DNA from: a virus
Taxonomy: Duplodnaviria > Caudoviricetes
IMG/VR virus record: IMGVR_UViG_3300012267_000011
Location: 1-42,025 of that record
Length of the DNA: 42,025 nucleotides
Strand: one strand, 5' to 3'
Under the pieces are notes generated by a model. The model was not told where the DNA came from. It ran no database searches and saw only the letters and a program-made list of their open reading frames with translations. The translations under genes were made by a program, and so were the position numbers. This document shows, one piece after another, positions 8,740 through 19,108 of the stretch (the first letter of the stretch is position 1; every line of letters begins with the position of its first letter).

Positions 8740-9777
8740 ATGGCAGTTAAAAGATATAAACCCGATATGAACAAAGCCAAGGAGGTTGCTTCAAACCCAA
8801 CTTCCAATTATGGTGGTGGGAGCGACTTTAAGTGGTTCTACACCCATAAGTTTGGTGAATATAAACTAAGAATTCTCCCACCATGGGATGAGAAAGGACT
8901 TATTGGCCTTGTGGTTGGTAAGCATTACTCAATCCCCTCTGAAGAAAGTGGGAACGTAGAGAAGCATACTTGCATTGAACGGACACACCCTGATATGGGA
9001 GCCGACTGTCCAATTTGTGAAGTGTTGCGGAAGTTCCGTGATGCTGGAATGGATGTTGGCAAGTATGAAGTACGCAACAAAGCGTATATGAACGCTATCC
9101 TGTTTGATGCTCCGAAAGAATTTTGGGAATCAGACGATGACCTTAGTCCAGGAGATGTTGTTATTTTCAATCACCCAACGACAACGTACGATTGGGTATA
9201 CCAGCAGATTGCTGATCCTGATGTGGGTGACATTACCGACCCTGAAAATGGGTTCAATATTAAGATCACCCGTAAGAACGTAAATGGCAATACTCGATAC
9301 GATCGCAAGATTGTACCGAATGCCACTTCAATTGCAGACTCGGAAGAGGAGCTTGCAAAAATACTTGACGAGATGGCTGATCTCAGTAGTATTTGGTCTA
9401 AGCCTGATGACCAACAGTTCGAGAAAATCAAGGCAGGAGCAAACCGTCTTGATAAAATGTTGGGTAAACGAATCAGCAGGGCACAGGAGTCTCTATCCTC
9501 TCCAGGACAAGAGGCCGAAGAGGTTGCGGGAACGACCCCATCTAAACCAAGTGCTCCTAAAAAGCCACCAGCACCGTCTGCGGAAGACGACATCAAAGTT
9601 TGGTATACACTGGATGTTGAAGAAGACCCCAAAGAAGGGACCGTTGGTGATGTGAAGTCAGCTATTGTTGATGGAGCCGACCATGAAGAAGTGTTTGTCA
9701 TGCCACATGACCAATCTTCAGGTTGGGTAACCGCAAAAGAGTGGGGGATTCCTTCCACTGAACAACTAAATTCATAA
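8740..9777 (+). CDS. T4 gp32-like single-stranded DNA-binding protein
   Basis: LRILPP, H...C...CPIC Zn ligands, GDITDPENG.NIKITR...TRY; acidic/Pro-rich tail; upstream of recA. Confidence 0.8.
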   Translation: MAVKRYKPDMNKAKEVASNPTSNYGGGSDFKWFYTHKFGEYKLRILPPWDEKGLIGLVVGKHYSIPSEESGNVEKHTCIERTHPDMGADCPICEVLRKFRDAGMDVGKYEVRNKAYMNAILFDAPKEFWESDDDLSPGDVVIFNHPTTTYDWVYQQIADPDVGDITDPENGFNIKITRKNVNGNTRYDRKIVPNATSIADSEEELAKILDEMADLSSIWSKPDDQQFEKIKAGANRLDKMLGKRISRAQESLSSPGQEAEEVAGTTPSKPSAPKKPPAPSAEDDIKVWYTLDVEEDPKEGTVGDVKSAIVDGADHEEVFVMPHDQSSGWVTAKEWGIPSTEQLNS

Positions 9778-9783
9778 CTTATT

Positions 9784-10701
9784 ATGAGTATTTCAGAACA
9801 AAAATTAGACCAAATACGAGAAGAGCTTACTGACGCAGGAGTTGCTCGGGCAAAGGCCGAAGCCAATTATCAGGTTGTAATGGCCAAGCTCCGAATGATA
9901 TCCAGCGGTGAAACAACTGTTTCTTTAGGTAAGCAGAACTTAGTCACTGGGGATGATAGTGTTTTGGATACGGAAGAGGCAAAGGAGACCGAGAAATCGG
10001 CTCCTAAGCCATCCAAACCAAAAACACCAAGTAAACCCCCGAAACCAGAAACTAAATCTTCTGGGGACCAACCTGCGAAGCCTGAGAAGCCTTCTAAACC
10101 AAAGAGCCCACCCAAACCTGAAAAGAAAGCGGAACAATCAGGGGGGATTACCTTTGATAAGTATTCCAGCGATCTATTAGCACGGGAAGCTAAGGATAAA
10201 ATCCGTGAATTAACGGAAGAAGATGATGCGGAAGCAAAAATCTTTGCCTTTATCCGTGGGAAAGACGAAGTCGAAGACCGAACAACGGTTTTAGGTGTCG
10301 CAGAAACCCATATTGGGGAAGATAAAGTGGCTGAACTAAAAGACCTCGATCCAAAAGGAGATACGGAAGAAGAACCTGAAGAGGAAAAAGAGGAGAAGCC
10401 TTCTAAGCCGAAGCCCCCACCAAAACCTTCTAAGCCAAAATCTCCACCAAAGCCGAAGAAGGAAACAAAAGAGGATGTCGATGAAACTATTGATGACATC
10501 AAAAATGAAGACGAAGACGATGAGGACGATGGGCAACCAGCGGACTTGAAGGTAGAACTACCAGACGGTGTAGATCGCCCAGAAGGAGCTCCATCTTGCT
10601 TTGGTAATTCTGATGTTTATGATCAGGACTCCCACAAGTGTATGGTTTGTGTCTTTGACTTCGAATGTGAAAAAGCACAAGAAGCTATAGCAGGAGAATA
10701 A
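9784..10701 (+). CDS. Low-complexity Pro/Lys/Glu-rich protein with C-terminal Cys4 domain
   Basis: KPSKPK(S/P)PPKP repeats; ends CFG...KCMVCVFDFEC. Confidence 0.6.
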   Translation: MSISEQKLDQIREELTDAGVARAKAEANYQVVMAKLRMISSGETTVSLGKQNLVTGDDSVLDTEEAKETEKSAPKPSKPKTPSKPPKPETKSSGDQPAKPEKPSKPKSPPKPEKKAEQSGGITFDKYSSDLLAREAKDKIRELTEEDDAEAKIFAFIRGKDEVEDRTTVLGVAETHIGEDKVAELKDLDPKGDTEEEPEEEKEEKPSKPKPPPKPSKPKSPPKPKKETKEDVDETIDDIKNEDEDDEDDGQPADLKVELPDGVDRPEGAPSCFGNSDVYDQDSHKCMVCVFDFECEKAQEAIAGE

Positions 10702-12014
10702 TGGGTAGGAAAAAGTTCGTCAATGAACTGATTAGCTCAGTCAACAAATCCAAATCATCAGAAGCTAAGTCTCACTTGGCCTCTGATGACCTTGGGTATG
10801 ACTTAGACTTGAAAGATGCGGTGTCCACTGGAATACCAATTTTGGATTTCTATATGGGTGGAGGCCTTTATCCTGGAAGAGTTTATGAGTTATTTGGTGA
10901 AGAGTCACATGGTAAATCTACATTGTCTTACCATTGGATGGCAAGCCTTGAACAAGATTGGGATGGAGTCACTATCCTTGCGGAGAGTGAATCTGCTTTA
11001 GACAAAGAACGGGCACATCTCATTGGGGCTGACCCGAATAACATTATTACGTTTATCCCAGAGCACGTAGAAGATGCGTTCAAGACTATTGGGCAGTATC
11101 TTTCCAAGATTAAAAAGAGCCAACAGAAGAACAAAGAACGATTTCCCGTTGGAATATTTTGGGATACTATTGCGGCAGCACCCACTTCCACTGAGGTAGA
11201 ACATGCCGAGGGAGAAGGAGATAAATGGGGTGGTGGCCACGCAGAGAAACCAAGGCTCATACGAGAGTGGCTCCGTTCGGTTACCAAAGTGTTACCTGAT
11301 TCTAATTCTTTTATTGTGTTAGTGAACCAAGTTTACGAGAAGACAGGGGGATATGGCAAACAGTTAGTTTCTCCAGGAGGCCGAGGAATACGGCACCATA
11401 CGTCTGCAAGAGTTTTTGTGAGTCGTAAGAATGCGATCATAAACGAAGACTCACAAGTAGTTGGGTTCACTGTAGAGGTGAAGATAATAAAGTGTAAACA
11501 AGCACCCACGGATGGTAAAACATTTAAAGTGGATTTATACTTCGCTTCAGGTTACGACCCGTTATCATCAATTGTTCACTATGTGGTAGATCACAAATTA
11601 GTAGATGTGACAGGCAACGGATGGATTACGGCCTATGTGGGGGACGATGAAATTAAAGCCCATGGGGTCCCTAAGTTCACACAAGAGGTAAAGAACAACG
11701 AACGACTCAAGAAGGGATTAGAGTTTACGGCTGCTTCACATATAGCCCAAACTTCCCCTGTGATACGCAAGCGGTTCTATAATTATCTTGCAGACCTTGC
11801 TAAAGAAGTCGGAGCTAAGCCCCCATTGGAGGAGAAGTGGGATGTTTATGCTCGAGAGTTCAAGTTCTACATGTCCAAACAGAAAGATCGGTTCATTGCA
11901 ATAGATGATTGCTTGGACTTTGTTCTGTCCAAACGGAAAGAAATTGAAGAGAATGACTTTACACTCGCCCAAAGGAATAAGTTTTTAGAAAAACATTTTA
12001 ATTCTGAAGAATAA
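10701..12014 (+). CDS. recA: RecA/UvsX recombinase
   Basis: STGIPILD..MGGGLY.GRVYELFGEESHGKST Walker A; WDTIAA; VNQV; PGGRGIRH; K.KQAP. Confidence 0.92.
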   Translation: MGRKKFVNELISSVNKSKSSEAKSHLASDDLGYDLDLKDAVSTGIPILDFYMGGGLYPGRVYELFGEESHGKSTLSYHWMASLEQDWDGVTILAESESALDKERAHLIGADPNNIITFIPEHVEDAFKTIGQYLSKIKKSQQKNKERFPVGIFWDTIAAAPTSTEVEHAEGEGDKWGGGHAEKPRLIREWLRSVTKVLPDSNSFIVLVNQVYEKTGGYGKQLVSPGGRGIRHHTSARVFVSRKNAIINEDSQVVGFTVEVKIIKCKQAPTDGKTFKVDLYFASGYDPLSSIVHYVVDHKLVDVTGNGWITAYVGDDEIKAHGVPKFTQEVKNNERLKKGLEFTAASHIAQTSPVIRKRFYNYLADLAKEVGAKPPLEEKWDVYAREFKFYMSKQKDRFIAIDDCLDFVLSKRKEIEENDFTLAQRNKFLEKHFNSEE

Positions 12015-12075
12015 ACCGTAAATTTTATTTCCAAGTAATGAGATCACTTCCTCCGAATGAATGTGATCAATCGAC

Positions 12076-12117
12076 GAGAAATCCTCCTTCCCTTTGGGTT
12101 GGGGGATTTTCTTTTTT
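12076..12117 (+). terminator. Intrinsic terminator
   Basis: GAGAAATCCTCC...GGGGGATTTTC stem followed by TTTTTT. Confidence 0.75.
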
Positions 12118-12120
12118 ATG

Positions 12121-12147
12121 AAAGTTGCGTTCCTGTTTTAACGGTCA
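12121..12147 (+). promoter_or_regulatory. Phage promoter motif AAAGT-N14-AACGGTCA
   Basis: AAAGT 12121-12125, AACGGTCA 12140-12147, directly after the terminator. Confidence 0.75.
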
Positions 12148-12180
12148 TAACCCCAAAGCCAACTTTAAACTGAACTTTTA

Positions 12181-13137
12181 ATGGGAATTTCCTTAGTTAT
12201 CGATGGGGATCATGCAGTCCACCGAAATCTTCACTTACCTAATCTTCGGGGACTAAGAACAAAAACAGGTTACCCAACAGGGGTTATATTTGGGGTGATG
12301 AACATCCTAAAGAATTTAGTCACCAATAAATTTGACAAACCAATCGACCAAGTGTTCTTTTTGTTAGGTAAGGGGCGTGGAAACTGGAGACGGGAGGTAT
12401 ATGAAGACTACAAAAAGAAAGACCAAGAAGATATTGACAAGTGGTATTCCGTTCCAGAGGGTGAAGAATTCAGTTACAACGAACAGTATGAGAGGGGCCG
12501 TTATGCATTAGAGAAACACCTCCCTGATTTAGGGATAAGGGTGGTCTCAGTTAAAAATCATGAAGCGGATGACATCTCGTATCTCATATCCAAAAAGCTG
12601 TTGGCAAAGGGGCAAGAAACCATTGCAGTGAGTGGGGATGGGGATTGGCTCCAGTTAGTAAATGATCCTGGAATACCTGTCTATCGCCCAATGAAAGACG
12701 AACTCATCACGGAAAAGAATTTTGTTGACCATACAGGACTTCCACCTGAAGCAATGGTGTTGCACCTTAGTGTTCTTGGGGGCCACGACAATATACCCCA
12801 AGTTCAATATAGGTTTGGAGAAGGGAGCTCCATGAAAATGATTGAGGCTATTGATGAATATACCCCCAAGGCCGTCAAAGAATGGGCAAAGCAACAGTCC
12901 GCAAAGACCTACAAGGGGTTGGCTGAGGATGAGAAAATTAAACAGCTTAGAACGAATATTAAGTTGGTAGACTTTAGTAAAATTCCATTTACGGATGAAG
13001 TAGACAAACTGATAGAAGAGGAAATGAGGAGAGACGTTTCCTTCAACAAAGAAAAGGCCGAACTATTTATAAAGAAGTATGAACTTTCACGGTTCGCAAG
13101 TATACTTGGCCGACAAACATTTAAAGTACTCAGATAG
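12181..13137 (+). CDS. 5'-3' exonuclease/flap endonuclease (T4 RNase H / Pol I N-terminal-like)
   Basis: VIDG, WRR.VY.DYK, HEADD, SGDGDWLQLV, GGHDNIP motifs. Confidence 0.9.
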   Translation: MGISLVIDGDHAVHRNLHLPNLRGLRTKTGYPTGVIFGVMNILKNLVTNKFDKPIDQVFFLLGKGRGNWRREVYEDYKKKDQEDIDKWYSVPEGEEFSYNEQYERGRYALEKHLPDLGIRVVSVKNHEADDISYLISKKLLAKGQETIAVSGDGDWLQLVNDPGIPVYRPMKDELITEKNFVDHTGLPPEAMVLHLSVLGGHDNIPQVQYRFGEGSSMKMIEAIDEYTPKAVKEWAKQQSAKTYKGLAEDEKIKQLRTNIKLVDFSKIPFTDEVDKLIEEEMRRDVSFNKEKAELFIKKYELSRFASILGRQTFKVLR

Positions 13138-13139
13138 TT

Positions 13140-14267
13140 ATGAAAATACTTTGGTATACAGACACCCATTTTGGATTATCAGGGGCCTTTAGTCGCCCTT
13201 CGTCCAGTGGGTATACAACCCGATTGGATGAGACACTGGAACTACATCAATGGATTACTAAAAAGGTGAAAGAGTATGACCCTGATCTTGTAGTCAATGG
13301 GGGCGACATATTTAAGCCACAAGTCGTTATGCATGGGATGGAAGTATCGGCTGCATCTCGTGGAACGGCTCGGGTAGTGAAGGCTTCAAAGATGCATTTG
13401 ACACTTTTAGGGAACCACGATTATATCAGTCGTGACACCAAGGTAACTTCTATTGATTGGTTAGACGAACTCCCCAACAGTAAGGTTATTCGACAGATTG
13501 ATTTTATGGAAGCGGATGATGGTAAGTCTTTGATCATTTTTTGCCCGTATCTTTGGGAGTATAGTTGGGCTATTAAGAAAATTGAGACCATTATTGAGGA
13601 TGCAGGGGGATTAGATACGTATGATAACCTGTATTTCTTTGGCCATGCGGAAGTTGGGGGTGCATTGAACACCGTTTCGGTTGACTTAGGGAGTGGAGAA
13701 GAAAAAGAACACTACTCTAACAATCAGAACTCGATACCACCTGAATGGTTGTCCAATTTATTTCATTATGCATTTAATGGGCACCACCACATACCACAGG
13801 AACCTGAGCCTAATGTGTTTTTATCTGGTTCTGTCCAGCAGTTTACGGTGACTGAGTACGCCACGGAAGAAATGGCCAGAGGAATTTATATTTTGGATAC
13901 GGAAAGCAAAGACCTCGAGTTTATCGAAAACAAAATAAGCCCTAAAATTGTTCGGGTGGAAAATAACCTTGATAAATTGGAAGAAATAGATTCGAACTCT
14001 TACGTGATGTTTTACTACAAGCCCAAGGAGTTCGATAAAGAGGAACTGATACCTAATTTTAAGAGGTTCAAGGGGTTTCAACTCAAACAAATTAGTCCTG
14101 ACAAGTTTCGACCAATTACCAGTGTCGATTTCAAGAGTAAAGATGAGGACAACACGGGTATTTATCAAGAATACTTAGGCACTGTTGCCTTTGAAGATGA
14201 AAATCTGGAGAAACAGGTCGAGAAGAAAGGCCTTGAAATTATAAAAGAAGCTGAGGACAACATATAA
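13140..14267 (+). CDS. sbcD: SbcD/Mre11/gp47-like metallophosphoesterase nuclease
   Basis: DTHFG, GGDIF, GNHD, GH, GHHH motifs; precedes SbcC. Confidence 0.88.
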   Translation: MKILWYTDTHFGLSGAFSRPSSSGYTTRLDETLELHQWITKKVKEYDPDLVVNGGDIFKPQVVMHGMEVSAASRGTARVVKASKMHLTLLGNHDYISRDTKVTSIDWLDELPNSKVIRQIDFMEADDGKSLIIFCPYLWEYSWAIKKIETIIEDAGGLDTYDNLYFFGHAEVGGALNTVSVDLGSGEEKEHYSNNQNSIPPEWLSNLFHYAFNGHHHIPQEPEPNVFLSGSVQQFTVTEYATEEMARGIYILDTESKDLEFIENKISPKIVRVENNLDKLEEIDSNSYVMFYYKPKEFDKEELIPNFKRFKGFQLKQISPDKFRPITSVDFKSKDEDNTGIYQEYLGTVAFEDENLEKQVEKKGLEIIKEAEDNI

Positions 14268-14268
14268 T

Positions 14269-16656
14269 ATGATTACGTTCGAACGAGTCGACATAAAAAA
14301 CTTTAATTCCATTGGACTGATTGAAAATTTTATATTCACGGATGGTATACACGCTGTGAAGGGATTAAATTTAGATGAGGAAAAGTCTAAGTCCAATGGG
14401 TCGGGTAAAAGTTCCTTTTTTGATGCTATCACTTGGTGCCTTTACGGTAAAACACCGAATGGTAAGACAGCGGATGCTGTGGTCAATCGAGTGGTTAACA
14501 AAAATTGTTATGTGAAGCTATACTTTTCCATAAATGATATTCAATATCGAATTGAGCGGTACAGGAAGCACGACGACGAAGGTGATGGGATTAAAGTATA
14601 CATCAACGAGCAGGATAAAACAATCCACCCACCATCCAAAAACCAAGCAACTATTGATGATATTATACAGGTTCCGTTCGACCTGTTTACCAGTTCTTTT
14701 ATTATAGCGCAGGGCCTGAATAGTCGGTTCACAGCCTTGACAGATTTCCAGCGTAAAGAGACCATTGAAGACATACGGAACAACAAAGTATGGGATAAGT
14801 CTCGGGAACTGAACAAGATTAAGCTCAAGGAAATAAAAGAGCAAATAAGTGAATGTAAATTACAAGTTGCAAAGAAGGGAGAAGTCGCAGAGTCCTACCA
14901 AGAACAACTACGGGATTTAAAGGATGAACTCCGAGAACTCATGGAACAGAAGTCCACAACGGAAGAGTCTTCTGACACCGTAGAGTTGAAAAAGGAAGTG
15001 GAATCATTAGCGGAACAAGTTGATGCGTTAGAGTCTGAAATTGCCGATCTAAGCGACGAACGTAACGAGGCTGATGAAAGCCTCAGTTCAACCAACAAAG
15101 AGTTGTTGAGTATCCCCCAGCAGATCGAGACGAAGCGTAATGAGATAGACAAGTACCAAGATGTCCTAAAACTGGATGAGTTGAAGGCTGAGCAAGAGAA
15201 ATTGGAAGGGGACTTAAAAGATTTAAAAGCAGAACTTGGAATAGCGGACGATAAGGAAGCGGTCCAAGAATCAGAAGAAAAGGTTGCGGAATTAAAAGGG
15301 GGCTTGGAGTCCGTGGCTAAAAAAGGTAAATACCTGAACGACACGCTCAATAATTTGGAGAACAAAATATCCCAAGTTAATAATCAAAGGGACTCTTCAA
15401 AGGAAAAAATTGAATTTTATGAGCACTATTTTGAAGAAGACCACGACGTAGAGGAGTGCCCAACCTGTGGGCACATCCCTGAGGAGAAGTCAGAAGAAAA
15501 AATGAGGGAGAAATATGACCAACAGGTTAAACTCCAAAAAGATCACGAAGATGCACTGGAAGAGTTAAAAGAAAAGAGAGAAGATATCTCTTCCCAGTTG
15601 AGTGAAACCCTCGAAAAATCTGAGGGTATAAAGGATCAGATTGAAAAGGTGAACGAGACAATAAATGAATTAAAGAAAGATATTTCTCAAAAGGAACGGG
15701 AAACTAATCAGTTTGAAGGTCAAATAAAAAGCACAAAAGATAAGGCCGACCAAATTAAACAAGAAATAATTGAGCTTGGGATTGATGAGGATGAGTTATC
15801 TCAAGTACGGGGTCTTATTGAGGAGAAAAAGGGAGAGATAGAACACCTTAGAGAACAAAATAAGGAATTAAGCAGTAAAGCCGAAGAGTTCAAGAAGGAA
15901 AAGGATAGGTTAGCATCTTTGAAGAAGAGTAAAGAGGAAGAACGGGTCGCAGTGCTGGATAAATATAAAAAGAAGATGGAGGAGTTAGAAAAACACAAGG
16001 AGCTATTATCTTCACTTACTACTAAAATAGATGTTAAGAAGAAAGATGTGACCAATATAGCTGGAAACCGTAAAGAGGTTATTGAGGAAAAAGAACAAGC
16101 TATAGAAGACAAAAAAGACCTCGAAGAAAAACTTCCTGTTTACGAGAACCTTGATAAGATATTTAGTCCTAAAGGAATTCGTGCCCATATTATTTCTAAA
16201 GATATTGGGTATATTAATCAACGTCTCGATTTTTATTCTAAGCACTTTTTCAGTGACATGTATGTTCAACTTGATCCAGGTATTGACGAGGAAGGGAATG
16301 TTAGTAAAATTGATATCCCTGTGTCAACTACAATGAACTTTGAAAAGACATACGAAGATTGTTCAGGTGGGGAGAAACGAAGAATAGACATCTGTATCCA
16401 GTTAGCTATCTTTGATCTAATCCTTTCCATTAGTTCAGTCACAACAAACTTGTTGGTGTTGGATGAAGTCTTTGAAGGCCTTGATTCCGAAGGGGTGAAG
16501 GCCGTGATGGATGTTATCCACACAAAATCTGAAGAAGGAACTTGTATTTATGTCATCTCTCACTTACCTAACCTTGGGGAACACGTGGAAGATGAAGTTG
16601 TCTTTGTTAAGAAAGACGGAACCACCGAGATTGGTGAAAGTATTGGTAACATTTAA
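14269..16656 (+). CDS. sbcC: SbcC/Rad50/gp46-like SMC ATPase
   Basis: NGSGKSS Walker A, Q-loop, coiled coil with CPTCG zinc hook, SGGEKRR signature, LVLDE Walker B, ISH. Confidence 0.93.
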   Translation: MITFERVDIKNFNSIGLIENFIFTDGIHAVKGLNLDEEKSKSNGSGKSSFFDAITWCLYGKTPNGKTADAVVNRVVNKNCYVKLYFSINDIQYRIERYRKHDDEGDGIKVYINEQDKTIHPPSKNQATIDDIIQVPFDLFTSSFIIAQGLNSRFTALTDFQRKETIEDIRNNKVWDKSRELNKIKLKEIKEQISECKLQVAKKGEVAESYQEQLRDLKDELRELMEQKSTTEESSDTVELKKEVESLAEQVDALESEIADLSDERNEADESLSSTNKELLSIPQQIETKRNEIDKYQDVLKLDELKAEQEKLEGDLKDLKAELGIADDKEAVQESEEKVAELKGGLESVAKKGKYLNDTLNNLENKISQVNNQRDSSKEKIEFYEHYFEEDHDVEECPTCGHIPEEKSEEKMREKYDQQVKLQKDHEDALEELKEKREDISSQLSETLEKSEGIKDQIEKVNETINELKKDISQKERETNQFEGQIKSTKDKADQIKQEIIELGIDEDELSQVRGLIEEKKGEIEHLREQNKELSSKAEEFKKEKDRLASLKKSKEEERVAVLDKYKKKMEELEKHKELLSSLTTKIDVKKKDVTNIAGNRKEVIEEKEQAIEDKKDLEEKLPVYENLDKIFSPKGIRAHIISKDIGYINQRLDFYSKHFFSDMYVQLDPGIDEEGNVSKIDIPVSTTMNFEKTYEDCSGGEKRRIDICIQLAIFDLILSISSVTTNLLVLDEVFEGLDSEGVKAVMDVIHTKSEEGTCIYVISHLPNLGEHVEDEVVFVKKDGTTEIGESIGNI

Positions 16657-16668
16657 TTAATTTAGGTT

Positions 16669-19068
16669 ATGCCTGTAGAAGAAAAGAAAGATATTTTTAA
16701 GGAACTCAGTGAAGTCTCACAAATAAAGATAGAGGAGACCATTGTTGAAGAAGAGGATAAATTATCAGAGCATTATATACACGATGAACGGTATTCGCTA
16801 TATAAAGTGATGTCTTCTTCCAACAAAGCTCGCAAACGGAGACTTAGTAGAGGCCGTTCGGGGGTAAAACAGACTCAGATACTCGAAGAAAAAGCTGGGG
16901 CAACTCGGGAAGAAATAATGGAAGAGATTTCTCGTGATCCTTTTGCCGATTCGTTGGGCATAAAAGAGTTCACAGTAGAAGAATTTGAAGACTACACCCG
17001 TAGGCTTCTGGAATATTACCGAGATGGGAAATTGGAGTATTTTGTTTGTGATCTTGAGACGCAACAGTTAGAATGGTACCATCCTAAAGGAGACCTTGTT
17101 GGGTTTGCGTTGGCAGACCCCGTTGAACGGACAGGATACTTTATTGGTACAAAGCACCCCGACTTAGACCGAACGGAAGAAGAGGTTCAGCGAGTTTATA
17201 GATGCATAGAGAAGCTCCACCGAACCATTCCAGTGGCTAACCACAATATTATTTTTGATATATGCTGGTTATGTGAAAAGACTCGGTTAGAACCAAGAGA
17301 CATCACAATTAAATCGGACACAATGTATCAATGTGGCCTTGTTATTGGACGTGACCAATTGAATCCTGGAGAACGAATGAGCCTGAAGCATATGGCGAAA
17401 AGGGTTCTGGGGTTAGACTTTAAGTGGGGCAAGCTCATTGACGAAGCGTTCAAGTCTATCCGATTAACGATAAACAGGGTGTTTTGGAATATTAATTACG
17501 ACCTTATATCTATTTATGCTTGTTTCGATGGTATCATTACGTTGATGCTTTACGAAAAGATGGATGAACGAGTGAAAGAAGATGGTATGGAGTATGTCCA
17601 CGAGCTCATGATGGACGCAATAACTGTTTTTGCGGAGATTGAACGAACGGGGGTGGCAGTGGATGATGAACTCCGTAAGAAATTACTCACAGATTACCGT
17701 AAAAAGATGGAGCAAGTCCGCAAGGCCTTTGATTCTCTGCCTATGGTCAAGAAATACAACGAGGATCATGAGCGGAACGCAAGTATAGGGAGTGATGATA
17801 ACCTCAGAGAGCTATTTTTTACTCCCAAATACTTCTGCTTAGAGCCAATCGAGTATACAGACAGTGGTGCTGCCTCCACAAATGCGGATGTCTTAAAAGA
17901 GATATCTGATGCCAAGTCGCCCGACTTTAGGCAGGAGCGGAAGACTGCAGATTTAGTATTGAGGTACCGTTCGGTACGGAAGTTGGAGTCAACTTATCTT
18001 GCTCCCGTCAAAGACCAAATGAAGGACGGAATGTTCCTACCTGACTACAACCTTATTGGGGCACGAAGTGGTCGTATTTCAAGTTACTTCCACACCATTC
18101 CAAAAGGTAATGACATTAAAAGGATATTTCGGTCTCGGTTCTATGAGGAAGGGGGTCTGATATTCTCAGGTGACTATTCCCAGTTAGAAGTTCGAGTGAT
18201 TGCTGGGATTAGTGGGGATGAACGACTGAAAGAAGCCTATATTAATGGCTATGATGTTCACAGGTATACAGCATCCATTGTTTTCGATAAGCCAATGGAG
18301 AAAGTCAGTTCAGGAGAACGGTCATATGCTAAGACCGTAGTGTTCGGTATCCTTTATGGTAAAACAATTTATACGTTATCCCAAGATTTAGGTATAAGCA
18401 AAGAAGAAGCACAAGAGTTGTTGGACTTTTTCTTTAAAGGGTTCCCTAAAATTAAAGAATGGGTTGATGAACAGCATGAACGAGTGAAACGGGATGGATA
18501 CATTGTGACTCCTTGGGGCCGTCGTCGGTATGTGCCGTGGATTAATTTACCTAAAGACGATTGGAGATATGGCAAGGCCTTACGGATAAGCCAAAACTCA
18601 CCAATACAAGGGGCTGCGAGTGATATTACGTTATCTGCGACCGTAAGAATGCAGAATGAGGTCTACAAAAGAAACCTCCGTAGTGATATCATAGGTACAG
18701 TTCATGACAGTATCGAAAGTGACACCCACCCGACAGAGTTGTTTGACATGATTGACATTATGCAGTACCATTCGGAAGAGTACTGCAACAACCACCCTGA
18801 TTTTGACTTTATGAACGGGGTTCCACTTAAATTTGATTATGAAATAGGAACAAGTTGGGGTGGGGCCGTTGACATAGAAGGGTTCGTGACCGACCACCAC
18901 TGGAAAATTGCTGGTCAAGAATTGGATATAAAAGAACTTGAACAGCAACTCAGTAAAACATACAAGGTGGAACTCCTAAATTGGGAGAAAGATAAAGCGG
19001 ATACCGATAACATATTTAGAACCATTGATCCAGGAGATAAATATCACCTTGAATTAAAAGTTTCGTGA
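16669..19068 (+). CDS. polA: Family A DNA polymerase with 3'-5' exonuclease
   Basis: Exo CDLET/HNIIFD/YACFD; motif A DYSQLEVR, motif B RSYAKTVVFGILYG, motif C TVHDSI. Confidence 0.95.
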   Translation: MPVEEKKDIFKELSEVSQIKIEETIVEEEDKLSEHYIHDERYSLYKVMSSSNKARKRRLSRGRSGVKQTQILEEKAGATREEIMEEISRDPFADSLGIKEFTVEEFEDYTRRLLEYYRDGKLEYFVCDLETQQLEWYHPKGDLVGFALADPVERTGYFIGTKHPDLDRTEEEVQRVYRCIEKLHRTIPVANHNIIFDICWLCEKTRLEPRDITIKSDTMYQCGLVIGRDQLNPGERMSLKHMAKRVLGLDFKWGKLIDEAFKSIRLTINRVFWNINYDLISIYACFDGIITLMLYEKMDERVKEDGMEYVHELMMDAITVFAEIERTGVAVDDELRKKLLTDYRKKMEQVRKAFDSLPMVKKYNEDHERNASIGSDDNLRELFFTPKYFCLEPIEYTDSGAASTNADVLKEISDAKSPDFRQERKTADLVLRYRSVRKLESTYLAPVKDQMKDGMFLPDYNLIGARSGRISSYFHTIPKGNDIKRIFRSRFYEEGGLIFSGDYSQLEVRVIAGISGDERLKEAYINGYDVHRYTASIVFDKPMEKVSSGERSYAKTVVFGILYGKTIYTLSQDLGISKEEAQELLDFFFKGFPKIKEWVDEQHERVKRDGYIVTPWGRRRYVPWINLPKDDWRYGKALRISQNSPIQGAASDITLSATVRMQNEVYKRNLRSDIIGTVHDSIESDTHPTELFDMIDIMQYHSEEYCNNHPDFDFMNGVPLKFDYEIGTSWGGAVDIEGFVTDHHWKIAGQELDIKELEQQLSKTYKVELLNWEKDKADTDNIFRTIDPGDKYHLELKVS

Positions 19069-19083
19069 TAAATTAAACGGTCA
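19057..19083 (+). promoter_or_regulatory. Phage promoter motif AAAGT-N14-AACGGTCA
   Basis: AAAGT 19057-19061, AACGGTCA 19076-19083. Confidence 0.75.
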
Positions 19084-19108
19084 TTATTAAAGTTAAAATA
19101 TTATACAG

